From the human T2T-CHM13v2.0 reference genome, Homo sapiens, in NCBI RefSeq assembly GCF_009914755.1, contig NC_060947.1: a DNA stretch of 64,000 nt. One strand, 5' to 3'. The notes under the pieces are model-generated. The model made no database searches. It was not told the origin of the DNA and saw only the letters and a program-made list of their open reading frames with translations. Made by a program: the position numbers and the translations under genes. Positions 39,540 through 54,978 of the stretch are shown in pieces; the first letter of the stretch is position 1; each line of letters starts with the position of its first letter.

Positions 39540-42390
39540 GCAGGCCTTTTACCAGGGTAACTGTGCAATGGGGAAAAAAAGGATCAGACATTTTGGGGAC
39601 TACAGGACACTGGCTCTGAACTGCCATTGATTCCAGGGAGCCCAAAACATCATTGTGGTCCTCCAGTTAAAGTGGAAGCTTATGGAGGTCAGGTAATTAA
39701 TGAAGTTTTAGCTTAGGTCTAACTTACATTGGGTCCAGTGTGTACTAGGGCTCATCTTGTGAACATTTCCCCAGTGCCAGAATGCAAAATTGTCATAGAT
39801 ATACTTAACATCTGGCGGATTCCCCACATTGGCTCACTGACTGGTAGGGTGAGGGAAATTATGGGGGGAAAGGCCAAATGGAAGCCATTAGAGCAGCCTC
39901 CACCTAGAAAAATAGTAATTCAAAAACAATATCACATCCCTGGAGCCATTACAGAGATTAGTGCCACCATTGAGGACTTGAAAGAAACAGGGGTGGTGAT
40001 TCTCACCACATCCCCATTCAAATCAAGCATTTGGCCTTTGCAGAAGACAGATGGATCTTGGAGAATGACAGTGAATTATCATAAGCTTAACCAAGTGGTG
40101 ACTCCAATTGCAGCTGCTGTACCAGATGTGGTTTCATTGCTTGAGCAAATTAACACATCTCCTGGTACCTGGTATGCGGCCATTGACTTGGTAAATGTCT
40201 TTTTCTCCATTCCTGTCTATAAAGCTCACCAGAAGCAATTTGCCTTCAGCTGGCAAGGCCAGCAATATACTTTTACTTTCCTACCTCAGGGGTATATCAA
40301 CTCTCCGGGTTTGTGACATAATCTTATTCGGAGAGACCTTGATCACATTTTGCTTCCACAAGATATCACACTGGTTCACTACATTGACGACATTATGCTT
40401 ATTGGATCCAGTGAGCAAGAAGTAGCAAACACACTGGATTTACTGGTAAGACATGTGCATGCAAGAGGATGGCAAAAAGGCAGGCACCTTTCACCTCAGT
40501 AAAATTTCTAAGGGCCCGGTGGTGTAAGGTGAAGGATAAGTTGGTGCATTTGGCCCCTTCTACAACCAAGAAAGAGGCACAATGCCTAGCGGGTCTGTTT
40601 GGATTTTGGAGACAACACATTCCTCATTTGGGTGTGTTATTCTGGCCCATTTATTGAGTGACCTGAAAGGTTGCTAGTTTTGAGTGGAGTCCAGAGAATC
40701 CACAGGAGAAGTCTCCGCAACAGGTTCAAGCTGCTGTGCAAGCTGCTCTGCCATTTGGGCTATATGACCCAGCAGATCCAATGGTGTTTGAGGTGTCAGT
40801 AGCAGATAGGGATGCTGTTTGGAGCCCTTGGCAGGCCCCCTAGGTGAATCACAGTGGAGGCCTCTAGGATTTTGGAGAAAGGCCCTGCCATCATCTGCAC
40901 ATAACTACTCTCCTTTTGAGAAACAGTTCTTGGCCTGTTACTGGGGTTTGGTGGAAACTGATCGTTTTACTATGGGTCGTCAAGCCACCATGCAACCTGA
41001 ACTGCCTACAATGAATTGGGTGCTTCCTGACCAATCTAGCCATAAAGTGGGTTGGGTACAGCAGCATTCCATCATCAAATAAAAGTGGCATATATGTGAC
41101 TGGGCTTGCTCAGGTGCTGAAGGCACAAGTAGCTTACATGAGGAGGTGACTCAAATGCTCATGTTCTCCACTCCTGCCACTCTGCCTTCTCTCCCCCAGC
41201 CTGCCAGAGTGGCCTCATGGGGAGTTCCCTATGATCAGTTGACAGAGGAAGAGAAGACTAGGGCCTGCTTCACAGATGGTCCTGCAGGATATGCAGGCAC
41301 CACCCGTAAGTGAACAGCTGCAGTACTACAGCCACTTTCTAGGACATCCCTGAAGGAGAGTGGTGAAGGGAAATCTTCCCAGTAGGCAGAACTTTGAGCA
41401 GTGCATCTGGTAGAAGATATGGCCAGATGTACAATTATATACTGATTCATAGGCTGTAGCCAATGGTTTGGATGCATGATCAGGGACTTGTAAGAAGCAT
41501 GATTGGAAAATTGGTGACAAATAAATTTGGAGAAAAGATATGTGGATAGACCTCTGTGAGTGGTCAAAAACTGAAGATACTTGTATCCCATGTGAGTTCT
41601 CACCAATGGGTGACCTCAGTAGAGGAAGATTTTAATAATCAAGTGGATAGGATGACTCATTCTGTGGACACCGCTCAGCCTCTTTCCCCAGCCCCTGATG
41701 TCATTGTCCAATGGGCTCATGAACAAAGTGGCCATGGTGGCAAGGATGGAGGTTATGCATGGGCTCAGTAAGATGTACTTCCACTCACCAAGGCTGACCT
41801 GGCTACAGCTACTGCTCAGTGTCCAATTTGCCAGCAGCGGAGACCAACACTGAGACCTCAATGTTGAACAATTCCTCAGGGTGATCAGCTACCTACCGGG
41901 TGGCAGGTTGATTATATTGGACCTCTTTCATCATGGAAAGGGCAGAGATTTTTCCTCACTGGAATAGACAGTTACTGTAGATATGAGTTTGCTTATCCTA
42001 CACACAATGCATCTTCCAAGATTACCATTCATGGACTCACAGGATCCCTTACCCACCGTCATGGTATTCCACACAGCATTGCGTCTGACTAAGGCACTCA
42101 CTTTACAGCTAAAGAAGTGTGGCAATGGGCTCATGCTCATGGAATTCACTGGTTACCATGTTCCCCATCAACCTGAAACAGCCGGATTGATAAAACGGTG
42201 GAATGGCCTTTTGACATCACAATTGCAATGCCAACTAGGTGACAATACATTGCATGTTGTGGCAAGTTCTCCAGAAGGCCATATATGCTCTGAATCAGCA
42301 TCCAGTATACGGTACTGTTTCTCCCATAGCCAGGGCTCATGGATCCAGGAATCATAGGGTGGAAGTGGAAGTGGTACCACTCACCATAAC
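39540..42390 (+). pseudogene. pol: HERV-L pro-pol remnant
   Basis: DTGS near 39606; WPLQKTDGSWRMTVNY, IDLVNVFFSIP, LPQGYINSP, YIDD near 40380; WAHEQSGHGG; WQVDYIGPL; AGLIKRWNG. Confidence 0.92.
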
Positions 42391-42906
42391 ACCTACTGAT
42401 CCACTAGCAAAATTTTTGCTTCCTGTTCCCGTGACATTAGGTTCTGCTGGTCTAAAGGTCTTAGTTCCAGAGAAAAGAACGCTGACACCAGGAGACACAA
42501 AAACAATTCCATTAAACAGGAAGTTAAGATTTCCACTAGAACACTTTGGGCTCCTCTAACCTTTAAATCAACAGGCTAAAAAGGGAGTTACACTATTGGC
42601 TGGGGTGACTCGGATTATCAAGATGAAATCAGTCTACTACTCCACAACGGAGGTAAAGAAGACTATGCATGCAATACAGGAAATTCATTAGGGTGTCTCT
42701 TAGTATTACCGTACTCTGTGATTAAGATCAATGGGAAAGTACAACAGCCCAATCCAGGCAGGACTACAAATGGCCCAGACCCTTCAGGAATGAAGGCTTG
42801 GGTCACCCCATCAAGAAAAAAACCACAACCTGCTGAGGTGTTTGCTAAAGGAAAAGGGAGTACAGAATGGGTAGTAGAAGAAAGTAGTCAGCAATACCAG
42901 CTATGA
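42390..42906 (+). pseudogene. HERV-L dUTPase and distal ORF remnant
   Basis: SAGLKVLVP..PGDTKTIPLN..EHFGLL downstream of integrase, the position typical of ERV-L. Confidence 0.75.
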
Positions 42907-44624
42907 TCACGTGACTAGTTACAGAAATGAAGACTGTAATTTTCCTCCTTCTTTTGTTAAAAACAAATTTGTGCATGTATACACTTGTATTAAGAATATA
43001 TCCTCATTTTATGTTCTTTTTCCTTTATTATATCACATAAGATTTATTGACTTCATCAGCATTTGAATATTGTTAACTTTATGTAATAGCATTTGGGTTA
43101 GGGATTGGTGCATTTCTAGTTGTACGAAGCATAGTTGTATTATGTTAGGCATCCTTTTGACCTTATTATTATCTTTATTTGAAGGTTATATATGATCTCA
43201 GGAGATGTGTATGGGTTCAAGTTGACAAGGGGTGGACTTGTGATGGTCAATACTGAGTGCCAACTTGATTGCATTGAAGGATGCAAAGTATTGATCCTGG
43301 CTGTGTCTGTGAGGATGTTGCCAAAGGAGATTAACATTTGTGCCTGTGGGCTGAGAAAGGCAGACCCACCCTTTATCTGGGTGGGCACCATCTAATCAGC
43401 TGCCAGCACACCTAGAATATAAAGTAGGCCGAAAAACATGAAGAGGCTAGACTGGCCTAGCCTCCCAGCCTGCATATTTCTCCCATGCTGGATGCTTCCT
43501 GCCCTTGAATATCAAACTCCAAGTTCTTCAGTTTTGGAACTCGAACTGGCTCTCCTTGCTCCTCAGCTTGCAGACAGCCTATTGTGGGACCTTGTGATCA
43601 TGTGAGTTAATACTTAATAAACTTTTCATATATATCTGTCTATCCTGTTAGTTCTGTCCTGCTAGAGAACCCTGACTAATACAGACAGTGTCCTAATATT
43701 TTGGAATTTTCCAGCTATCTTTCAGTTATTGATTTCTACTTTACTTATATTTTGTCTGGAAGTAGGTATTGTGTGACTTATTCTATTTTAAATTTATTAA
43801 AGTGTGTTTTATTCCCCAGAATGCAGTCTATCTTGATAAATGTTCCACCGGAGCTTTAAAAGACTGTTGTGTTCTTGCTGTTGTTGTGTGAACCAGTCTA
43901 TAGATGTACATTATATCCCATTGATTAATGCCACTGTTGAGGTCAAATACATTCTTACTAATTTTCTGCCTGCTTTAGCTGTCCTTTACTGATAAAGACG
44001 TTTAAAAATCTCTACATATAATAGCAGATTCATCCATTTATCCGTACAAGTTCTATCAGTTTTTGCCTCACACATTATGATGTTCTGTTTTTAGGCACAT
44101 TCACAATGAGGATTGTTATGTCTTTTTGGAGAAGTCACCTTTTATCCTATATAGTACCTCACTTTATCACTGATAGCATTGTTTGCTCTGAAGCCTGCTC
44201 TCTCTGAAATTAATATAGCCATTTTCATTTTCTTTTGATAGTGTTAGAATGCTATGTATTTTTTCCATTTACTTTTAATCAATGTGTATTTATATTTTGA
44301 TTAGACTTTTGTAGACAATATATAGTTGGGTCTGATAATCTCTGTTTTTTAATTGACACATTTAGGCCACTGATATTCAAAATGATTATTGATATACTTG
44401 GATTAATATCTAACATGTCTACTATTATTTTCTATTTGTTACTCATGTTTTTTGTTACTATTATTGTCTTTCCCCTTTTTGCCTTTTGTGTTTTTAATTA
44501 AGTATTTTGTATAATTTCATTTTCTTTGTGTCTTAGCATATCAGTTAAAATGATTTTTTTAACTTTTTATATTGGTTGTTCTAGGGTTTGAAAGATAAAC
44601 TTGCTACTAATTTAAATTCACTTT

Positions 44625-44927
44625 TATTTTTATTTTATTTTATTTGAGATGGAGTCTCTCTCTTGTCCCCCAGGCTGCAGTGCAGTGGCACAGTCTCGGC
44701 TCACTGCAACCTCCGTCTCCTGGGTTAAAGAGACTCTCCTGCCTCAGCCTCCTGAGTAGCTGGGATTTACAGGCTCCCGCCACCACAGCTGGCTAATTTT
44801 TGTACTTTTAGTAGAGACGGGGTTCCGCCATGTTGGCCAGGCTTGTTTTGAACTCCTGATCTTGTGATCCACCTGCCTCGGCCTCCCAAAGTGCTGGGAT
44901 TACAGGCGTGAGCCACCACTCCTGGCC
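44625..44927 (-). mobile_element. AluS (Sg-like)
   Basis: Full dimer; TSD ttaa(a/g)ttcacttt at 44612-44624 and 44928-44940. Confidence 0.93.
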
Positions 44928-45718
44928 TTAAGTTCACTTTTAAATAACAGTGTACTACTTCACAGGGGGTGCATGTACTTTATAATGACAAAATATTTAT
45001 AATTCCTCTTTGCTATCTCTTATATCACTATTGTCATTTATTTCAAACATAAGCTACAATCATCATATACACGGTTGTTATTATTTTGAACAAACCATTA
45101 TCTGTTAGATCAATTCAGCATGACAAAAAGAAAAGATTTTATTTTACCTTCTCTCATTCCTTCTCTAATATTCTTCCATTCTTCATGTAGATCTGAGATT
45201 CTAAAATATGTTATATTTTTTCTCTCTGAAAAACTTCTTTTTACATTTCTGGTTAGGCAAGATTACTGGCCACAAGTCTGCTCAACTTTTATATGTCTAA
45301 TAGTGTCTTTAATTCTGCTTCACTTTTGCTCCTCTGTAAGAAAGGTGTTTTTTATTTTTTTATTTTTTATTATTATTATATTTTTAAAATTCTGGCTTCT
45401 TCCAATACTTTATCTTTGCTTTTCTGTAGATTTATCACAATATGCTTACATTTAGTATTTTTTGTTGTATTTATCCTGTTTGTTGTTTTCTGAACTCCCC
45501 AAATCTATGGTTTTGTGTCCAACATTAATTTTGGGAAAAGGCACCATCATTATTGCCTTAAATATTGCTTCGGTTCCTTTCTCTGTTTCTTGTCCTTATG
45601 GTATTTGTGTTACGCATATGTTATACCTTTTGTAGTTGTTCCACAGTTCTTGGATAGTCTATTCTGCTTTTTATGCAAAGTTTTTTCCTTGATTTTTATT
45701 TTTTAAGATTTCTATTGA

Positions 45719-46072
<354 letters not shown>

Positions 46073-47389
46073 TCAGAGATGCTTCCCTCAGCTCCATCCA
46101 ATCTACTCTAAGCCTACCAAAGGCATTCTTTATTTTTTACAGTGCTTCTGCTCTCTAGAATTTTTTCTGCTTTCTTAAAATTTTCATCTCTCTGCCTACA
46201 TTACCCTCTTTTTTTGCATGTAGTCTACTTTTTGCATTAGAACCATTAGCATGTTAATCATAGTTGTTTTTGATTCACAGTCTAATTATTTAAACATCAC
46301 TGCCATATCTGAGTCTGATTCTGTTGATTGCTGTGTCTTTTCAAACTGGGGTTTTTTTTTTTTTCGTCTTTTAGTATGCTTCATAATTGTTTTTGAAAGC
46401 TAGACATAATGTACTGGTGAAAGAAACTCCAGTAAATAGGCATTTATTAATTTTGTGGTAAGGTATGAGTGGAGGGAAGCATTTTATGGTGTCATGATTA
46501 AGTCTTAGGCTTTTAGTGAGCCTGTGCACTTGGGCTGTGAACTTCACAAATGCCTCAAATTTTTATTCCTGCCTTAGGTGAAAGAGGATGAATGGAAGGT
46601 GCTGGATTTTGGTATTTCCCTTCCCCTCTGTGGAAGGACAGACTAGGCTGAAGTTCAATATTTTTATTCCTTTAGGTTGATTGGACTCTGACAAAACTCC
46701 AAGTGGTTAGATTCTGCTAAAACAGTTTCTCTTGAGGGAAGACCTTGCTTAAAATAAAAGGAATGCTGTAGGGACTTCCAAAATGGTTCCCTTTCTGCGC
46801 CCCGTGACAGGGTCTGGGGTGATTTTTCCGCAAGATTCATTGTGAAAATCTAGATAGAGAAACAGGAGGTAAAACTCACAAAAGTACAGAGGCTCCCTGG
46901 AAGTTTTAACTCTCAAAGTTTTTCCTACTGAGCTTCCTGCAATTTATTAAGTACAGTTAAGGTTTTACTACCCCAACACTGGCTTCCATAGAGGTTTCTG
47001 CTCTGGTAAGTTATAATTTTTTTGTATCCCGCTGTCTGTCTTTCCAATTTGGGGTGCAACAGTTTTCTGTGTGATCTCACTTTTCTAATGGATCTAAGAA
47101 GAAATGCTGATTTTTCAGATCGTTTAGCTTTTTACTTGTTAGGAAAGAGTGGCAATTTCCAAGCTCCTTATATATCACGCAGGAAATCAGAAGTCTAGGT
47201 CATCAGAATTTTAAAAGATCTCAAACAATTTTAAGGGGCAGTCATTTTTGTAAACCGCAACTGTAAAGGCTTAGCTTTTAAAACCTGCATTATGCATGAG
47301 TGTACTGCTAATAACTTGATCTTAACGTATGTTTGTCCAATGTGTGTCAAAAAGTTCTTTGTAAGCCTTCTTGAAGAAGAAATAAACAA

Positions 47390-47775
47390 TGTGTAAATCT
47401 GCCAGGGCTGCCATAACAAGATACCACAAACTGGGTGGCTTAAACAACAGAAATTTATTTTTTTTCACATTTCTGGAGCCTAGAAGTCCAACGAAAAGGT
47501 GTCAGAAGGCTTGGTTTTTTACTCAGGCCTCTCTTTTTCACTTATGAACAGGCAACTTCACACTGTGTCCTTAGATGGCCTTTTATCTGTGCATGACATT
47601 CTTGATATCTCTTCCTCTTTTTATAAGGACACCAGTCCTATTGGATTAGGGCTGCATTCTTATGACCTCATTTAACATTAATTACCTCTTGAAAGGTCCT
47701 TTCTCTACCTATAGTCATATTGGGATTAGGTCTTCAATTATTAATTTTGGTGGTGGACACAATTCCCTCTATAAA
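47390..47775 (-). mobile_element. MaLR solo LTR (MLT1B-like)
   Basis: gggctgccataacaagataccacaaactgggtggcttaaacaacagaaatttatt; tataaggacaccagtc. Confidence 0.85.
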
Positions 47776-48544
47776 ACCAAATGTTTATTGTACATATTTT
47801 TCTATTTGTTCAAATATTAAAGTTACATTCTGAATATATTATGTTTCTTTCGTCTTAAACGAGAATCTTATTATCCTTCTACAGCTTGTGGGAAAAGGTT
47901 CATTAACTAGTCCATCTTACCAGCTTTCTCTGTACTGTTATGAAGAGGAAAAAAACATTGACAGAAACTCTCAATTTAAAATTCATGAATTTCCTCCTTT
48001 AAAAAAATCTTTCTGTTCAGCTAAGCAAACACTTCACACATGGAAAAATTTAAAAATCATCCAGTGTTTCCAAATGTACTCTATAGACTTAAGCAGAATA
48101 AGTAGAACACAGGAAGAACACAGGTAACTAGGTGATTTACATTCAAAAATGTTTACTACGAACATGCAGTTTATGATCTCTGGCAAAATTATTCTACAAC
48201 TTCAAGCTATTTTTTATTGTAATTTGATTTGTGGCTTTATGAATAGATAGCAAAATCATGAATTAAATAAAGCATATAAAACCAATGCAGGCCATATGAA
48301 TTACTCATAAGTACAAGACTTTATCATGATTTTTAGTGGAACTTAAGCAAATAATTAGCCTGTGTGCAGAAGGCCACTCATGTAAAGTAAGAAAAATGCA
48401 ACAACAGCAAGTTTAGACAAAATCAGGAAATGAAATCCATTTCTATCTACACTATATTAGACAAGTGAAATTATTAGCAAATTTAAACCCATAGCTTTCA
48501 ATTTTTGGAATGAATCACAGTTCTGCCTTTAATTATTAAGTTAG

Positions 48545-49153
48545 TGTGATAGCCTGTGCCTCAGTTATTCAGCTAATGTCTTCAACTCCAAACCCATTCG
48601 ACTGTAATCAGTTTAGTAACGCTGAACCTGGAATTCTTCAAATCACATTTCTGTTTTGCCAGCTGGTATTTGTTAATGCTTCACCTACAAGGGCACTTGA
48701 AATAAACCGCAAGGCTAGAGTACAAAAAAAGAGAGTCTGTCTTCCTATTTTGTGTTCCTGTGAGCATCACCTTAGCATAGCTATTTCATTCATAGCAACT
48801 GTTGAATCCTGTTGCAGATTCTTCAACACTTGCAGAATCAGGTTTTTCATTCCCCTCACATCCACTTCAGAGACAAAAGCCCAAGGTAGGCAAAACTCTC
48901 TCATCAGAGGTCTGTTTCAGCTGCCTTGGGACCCTCCTCTAATATTCTAAATTGTGATAATTCTACCTCTTCTCTTTGCTCCGCAATTTTAGAGTTGATA
49001 TTTGCTTTCTGCTTTTACTACTTCTGAGACACTTTAGAGCTCTTTTTTACATATTCATTTACTTCATTAACAACTTTAAATGTTAATTCTTTATATAAAA
49101 TTCTCTGTTCCAATAATCAGTGTTGTTTCTCTCTCCTGAATGGTCTTTGAATA
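48545..49153 (+). mobile_element. Old ERVL LTR (LTR33-like)
   Basis: ttttgccagctgg..aagggcact and terminal aaattctctgtt..gtttctctctcctga resemble LTR33; highly diverged. Confidence 0.5.
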
Positions 49154-49229
49154 CTTTATCTTATTACCTACAAATTGAATTTTTATACATACTTGAGTTA
49201 GACTGTACAAATATATTTCACTTGGGATA

Positions 49230-49783
49230 AATTTTAGCAGCTTTATTGAGATGTAATTTGCATACCATGAAATTTACTCTTTTAAAGTGCACACTTTACT
49301 GGTTTTGAGTCAGTTTCCAAAGTGGTGCAACAACCACAAACTACTAGAACATGTTTATCTCAAAAATAAGAAATCACATTAACAGTCATTTTCTCTTGCT
49401 TTCCACCCCAGCCCTAAGCAACCACTTTCTGCCTCTATAAATTTGTTTATTCTGGCCAGTTCATATAAATGAAATCACAAATAAATTATCTTGTAACTGA
49501 TTTCTTTCACTTAGTATAGTGGTTTTAAGTTTCATTCGTGATGCATCATTTATCAGTAATGTTTTCATTTTTATTGTTAATGATATTTCATCATATAAAT
49601 ACATCACATTTTGTTTATTCATTTATCAGATGATGGAAATTTGGGTTGTTTCTACTTTTTGACTCTTATGAATAATGCTGCTGTGAACACTCATGGACAA
49701 GTTTTTGTATATGTGTACATTGTCTTTTATGAATAAATCTAGTAGTGAAACTGCTGCATTATAAAGTAGCTCTATGTTTATCA
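49230..49783 (-). mobile_element. L1MB 3' end
   Basis: cagctttattgagatgtaatttgcataccatgaaatttac; continues at about 53575. Confidence 0.8.
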
Positions 49784-49784
49784 T

Positions 49785-52700
49785 GTGTCATCAAGTTCAG
49801 AGGAAACCACATATAAGCTTCCCAGAGCCCTCATTTCATGGAGTCACACAGAGAAGAGTAAATTCTTCCAACATGCAATTGTGACAACACAAGTGAAATA
49901 CTGCCTATCAGGGAAATTTATCTAAGCCTAAGAATCTAATGTTTTTTACAATGAGTTACATAGGCAACATACCCAAATTTCAGATTCCCAGAAGTAAATC
50001 AGTTGTTCAGCATAAATCATATTGTATGTACAAAATATTTAGGCATAGTGGGCAATTCTTATCAGTTAGGGAATGGTGGGAACGCTCTGAAATAGAAGAT
50101 TTCAGATGTCAGTAGGGGCCAGCCTTGCAAGTAGACCTTTCTAATGTTAGCAGTTTCAGGCTTGCCATGTTAACTCTTTTTTGCACAGTCCATCTCCTGG
50201 GCTCCTGTCCCTTCGACTTGGTCAAGGAAAACATCTTTACAACAAAATTATCAGAGTATCTCATGCAACAGAGTGAAACCAATCTCAGTACTGATTTCAG
50301 TTACCTCTTTAGGGTCCTGGATTTTGCTAGCAAAAATGAGTATCAGTAACCATAAAGGTCTATCTTAGAAATCCAGTTGGCTTTCTACTTAAGTTTTTGC
50401 ATTAGCTTTTTTTTTTTTTAAACTAGCATGAAGAATCAAGTCAGGCACAGCACAAATCTAGCCAGTAAGTTGAAGTTGACCCAAAAACCTTCCAGGTCTG
50501 AGGCAGCATCATGATAGTTAGGGTATGCACAAGAAATACAATCTCAGAGGTCACACATGGTATCCCTGAAAATAAAGACTTTACAATTGTTAAGGTAATC
50601 CAAACAAGATATATGTTAGTCATGTAGAATAGGTTAATAGGGCCAATGTGGCCTCCCACCATGGGGCTTCCTCCTCTAGGGTTCCCAGCCCAGTCCATTT
50701 GATTTAATTCTGTCCTTGGTTTCAGAGAGAGTGCCTGAAAGCAGTCAGTTTTAAACAATTTTCCTTGTTCATGACATCAGTTTATCCATTGCATGTGTGT
50801 AGACAACATCTGGAGGTGTTCTTCATAAAAATTACAGGAGCTAAGGCCACCTCCTTCTTTTTCATAGTTAGCAAGCTGCCAGTTGTAGACTCAGCTGTCA
50901 GTTTGAATTTAAAGCACTCTGAACATCTTGGAAAGGCAGCACAGACATCTTTCTTTAGGAGAAAGGGAAAGCTTTTAGGAGTAGTTTTTAAAAGAAAGAT
51001 CATTAATGCTCATTCCCTCTTCCATGCCTCATTAGGTGCCCAAATTTTGTTTTGTCCTTGTTACAAAATCAATGTCCCACTTGGCAATCATCACTTTTCA
51101 TTTTTTTTAATTATCCCATACTGTCCCCTAGACATTTATTCTGGAGGGATCGTATGCATGAAGTACAAAATTATTTTGGTAGAAAAATATTTTAATACAA
51201 CCAAACCAAAAAGACACACCATATTCAGGAATTGGCAAATTCTGAATATTCTGAATTTCAGAATTCAAAATTCTGAATATTCATAAAATTTCACCTCTTG
51301 TCCTGTTCTTTTATCTAGTGAACAGCCTATAAGAGATCAATCTCTTTCTGGGGACGGCTGCATTTAACAATCAAATTGTTTTACTAAGATTTATGTACCC
51401 AGAGAGGTGAAAGTGGAGTCTACTGTTGCAACCTGTAACTAACTTGGAAAGCTGAACACAACTAATCAACAGCATCTAGTTGTTCCCAGGAGGTAGTTGA
51501 GATCCTAACCCATTAGGAATGGGTAAAGGAGTCACATTCCTTGTGATGTTCCTTCCCTCTACTTGCAGCTTTCAACAGTAATCATAAGCTAAGAATATAC
51601 TGAGTCTTTGTGTCAGAAATAAAGATATAATCACCAAGAAGCTCAATTTCAAATAATTCTATCAAATAATAAGCCCTGTCTGTGGTTACCTGTAAGTGAC
51701 CCAGATTATCCAGCTAGCATCTCTGATGCTTTTATAGTTTGTGGCCAAAGGGAAGTGTTTGCCAATATCTGCAACAATCCCAGAGTTGATGTCCTGTTCA
51801 TTAAATTTATGGCTGCTTTTGTTTCACCACAGCTTTACTGAAGCTGAAATAAAGCATGTAGACAGTATCAGGTTTTAGCTTAGAGTTAGGTATAAGGAAT
51901 AAAGATCTGTGAATTTAAGATTCCAAAAACCCATAGGCTTTTTTTTTTTGGCTGCAACAAAGCTGAAATGCTCCAGAAGGTCTAGATAGGCACGTTCCAA
52001 GTCCAAGTGGCAGGCAATATTTTTATAAGTTATTTTCATTTTGTCATTGTTAGAGTTGAAATTGACTCATTTAAAAATATTCTCATTAGGCTGGAAAACC
52101 ATTAGCCATTAAAGTCACGCATATGATTTTAGAAAACTTCACTGGCCACTGAGAACTACTTCTTATAACTCCAAAAGTGTATCTTTATCTATAAATTAAC
52201 TCTCCTTTTTGTTGTCTTCCTTTTCTCAGGGGCTCTGAAAGGGAAAAATGAAAGCAAACATTATCACTGGTAGAGATTATTTTGTTTCCAATACTCAAAT
52301 AAGTTAAATTTTAACCCACCCACCACGGGCAAAAAGCAAGATAGTGGTGCCCCATTAACATTTTTCTTTGCATTTTTCTCTGATTGGGACACCTCCTTAA
52401 CATTTACTGAATGAAAAAAACATAATATTTTGCATGAATATTTATTATATATCTAGATGCAATGGCCACAAAATACAAAGCCATTACATTTTTTTTCTCA
52501 CTTTCATTGAAAGTTCGTCTAAATCTCTATAAGTAAATTTAGCATTTACAAGATTAATATTATTGCTGCCAGAAGAAATTACTGCCAGACCTTGAGTGGG
52601 GTATGGGGGGCTGCAGTGCAACAGCTGGTAGAGTATTTCCTGTTTTCCCTTTCTTTGGTTTACAAAACTTTGTTCCGTCTCTGGCAACTGATTTAACCTT

Positions 52701-53570
52701 TTTCTCTCCTACTTGGAAAAGAGAGTGACACACATTTTTAACATTTTTGGCCCAGCAAAAGTTCTCTTTGGGAATGCTTAGGCCTTTTTTCCTCCAACAT
52801 GGGAGATAGAACAAAAGATATCACACAAGCTGATCTTCCCTCCCACCCCACACATTCAAAAGCAGCCAGGGGATGCTATGAGCAAACTCTTCTGGGGTTG
52901 AATCTAACATTTTAGGATGTCATGTATAACTTTTATTTTTCATAATAAGCAGAATTCAGCTGCTGTCTTGTACTAAATGTACCTCCGTAGCCACCCAGGC
53001 AGGAAAGGTTCACCATCCCCTCTCAATTGCTTCTTTTTTCCCAAAGTTTTTGACATATTTCACAGAATCAGGGTCACTCTAACAAATCCCACACTGCCAC
53101 CCAGGTTCAATGAATCACTAGTAGGACTTACAAGACTTAACCTACAGTCATACTGACAGATATGATTTATTATGGTGAAGGGATGAAAGGCACAATTACT
53201 GAAGGATAAAGGCACAGGGGGTGAAGTCCGTGGAAAATCAGGCACAATCTTCTAAGAGCCCTTCACCCCCACCCCTTGACCCACCTCATGCAGTTACATG
53301 AGACAGGCTTAATTCCTTTAGCATCTAATTGTGACAGCACATATAAAATGCTTTCTACCAGGCAAACTTGCCTGATTCTAGGACACAAGGGCTTATATTG
53401 GGGGTCAGTAACGTATACACACACTGCCTAGAACAAACCACAATTGCACCTTCCAGAGTGCCATATGTTCATCACAAAGCATAGTATTTGCACAAACAGG
53501 TTAGCCACAGTGAACCACTATTATCAGTTAGATAAAGGTGAGACACCTCCCAAAATCTGAGTTCCAAGAC
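49785..53570 (-). mobile_element. MER21 two-LTR remnant (partial LTRs at 49785-50188 and 53059-53570, about 2.9 kb between)
   Basis: Minus strand at 50188 begins TGTGCAAAAAAGAGTTAACATGGCAAGCCTG; both blocks share aattgtgaca..ca and ttatcagttag; identity of the intervening DNA as MER21-int is inferred. Confidence 0.7.
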
Positions 53571-53574
53571 AATT

Positions 53575-54978
<1,404 letters not shown>

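Larger units (their letters stand above)
36997..43683 (+). mobile_element. Full-length HERV-L provirus with MLT2A LTRs
   Basis: LTRs 36997-37655 and 43239-43683 (tgtgatggt(t/c)aatactgagtg...gactaata(t/c)a); Leu-type PBS remnant after the 5' LTR; PPT aaggggtggact; gag-pol-dUTPase, no env. Confidence 0.95.

Noticed and set aside
39729-40316. Longest ORF (195 aa) as a functional reverse transcriptase
   Set aside because: It stops before the YIDD motif and the surrounding pol is disrupted
50765-51286. 173-aa ORF as a host gene
   Set aside because: Non-ATG start, no recognisable domain, antisense to the surrounding MER21 remnant
52195-52275. Possible exon after the polypyrimidine tract ttttctcag
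   Set aside because: Only an isolated acceptor-like motif, with no convincing donor or coding signal
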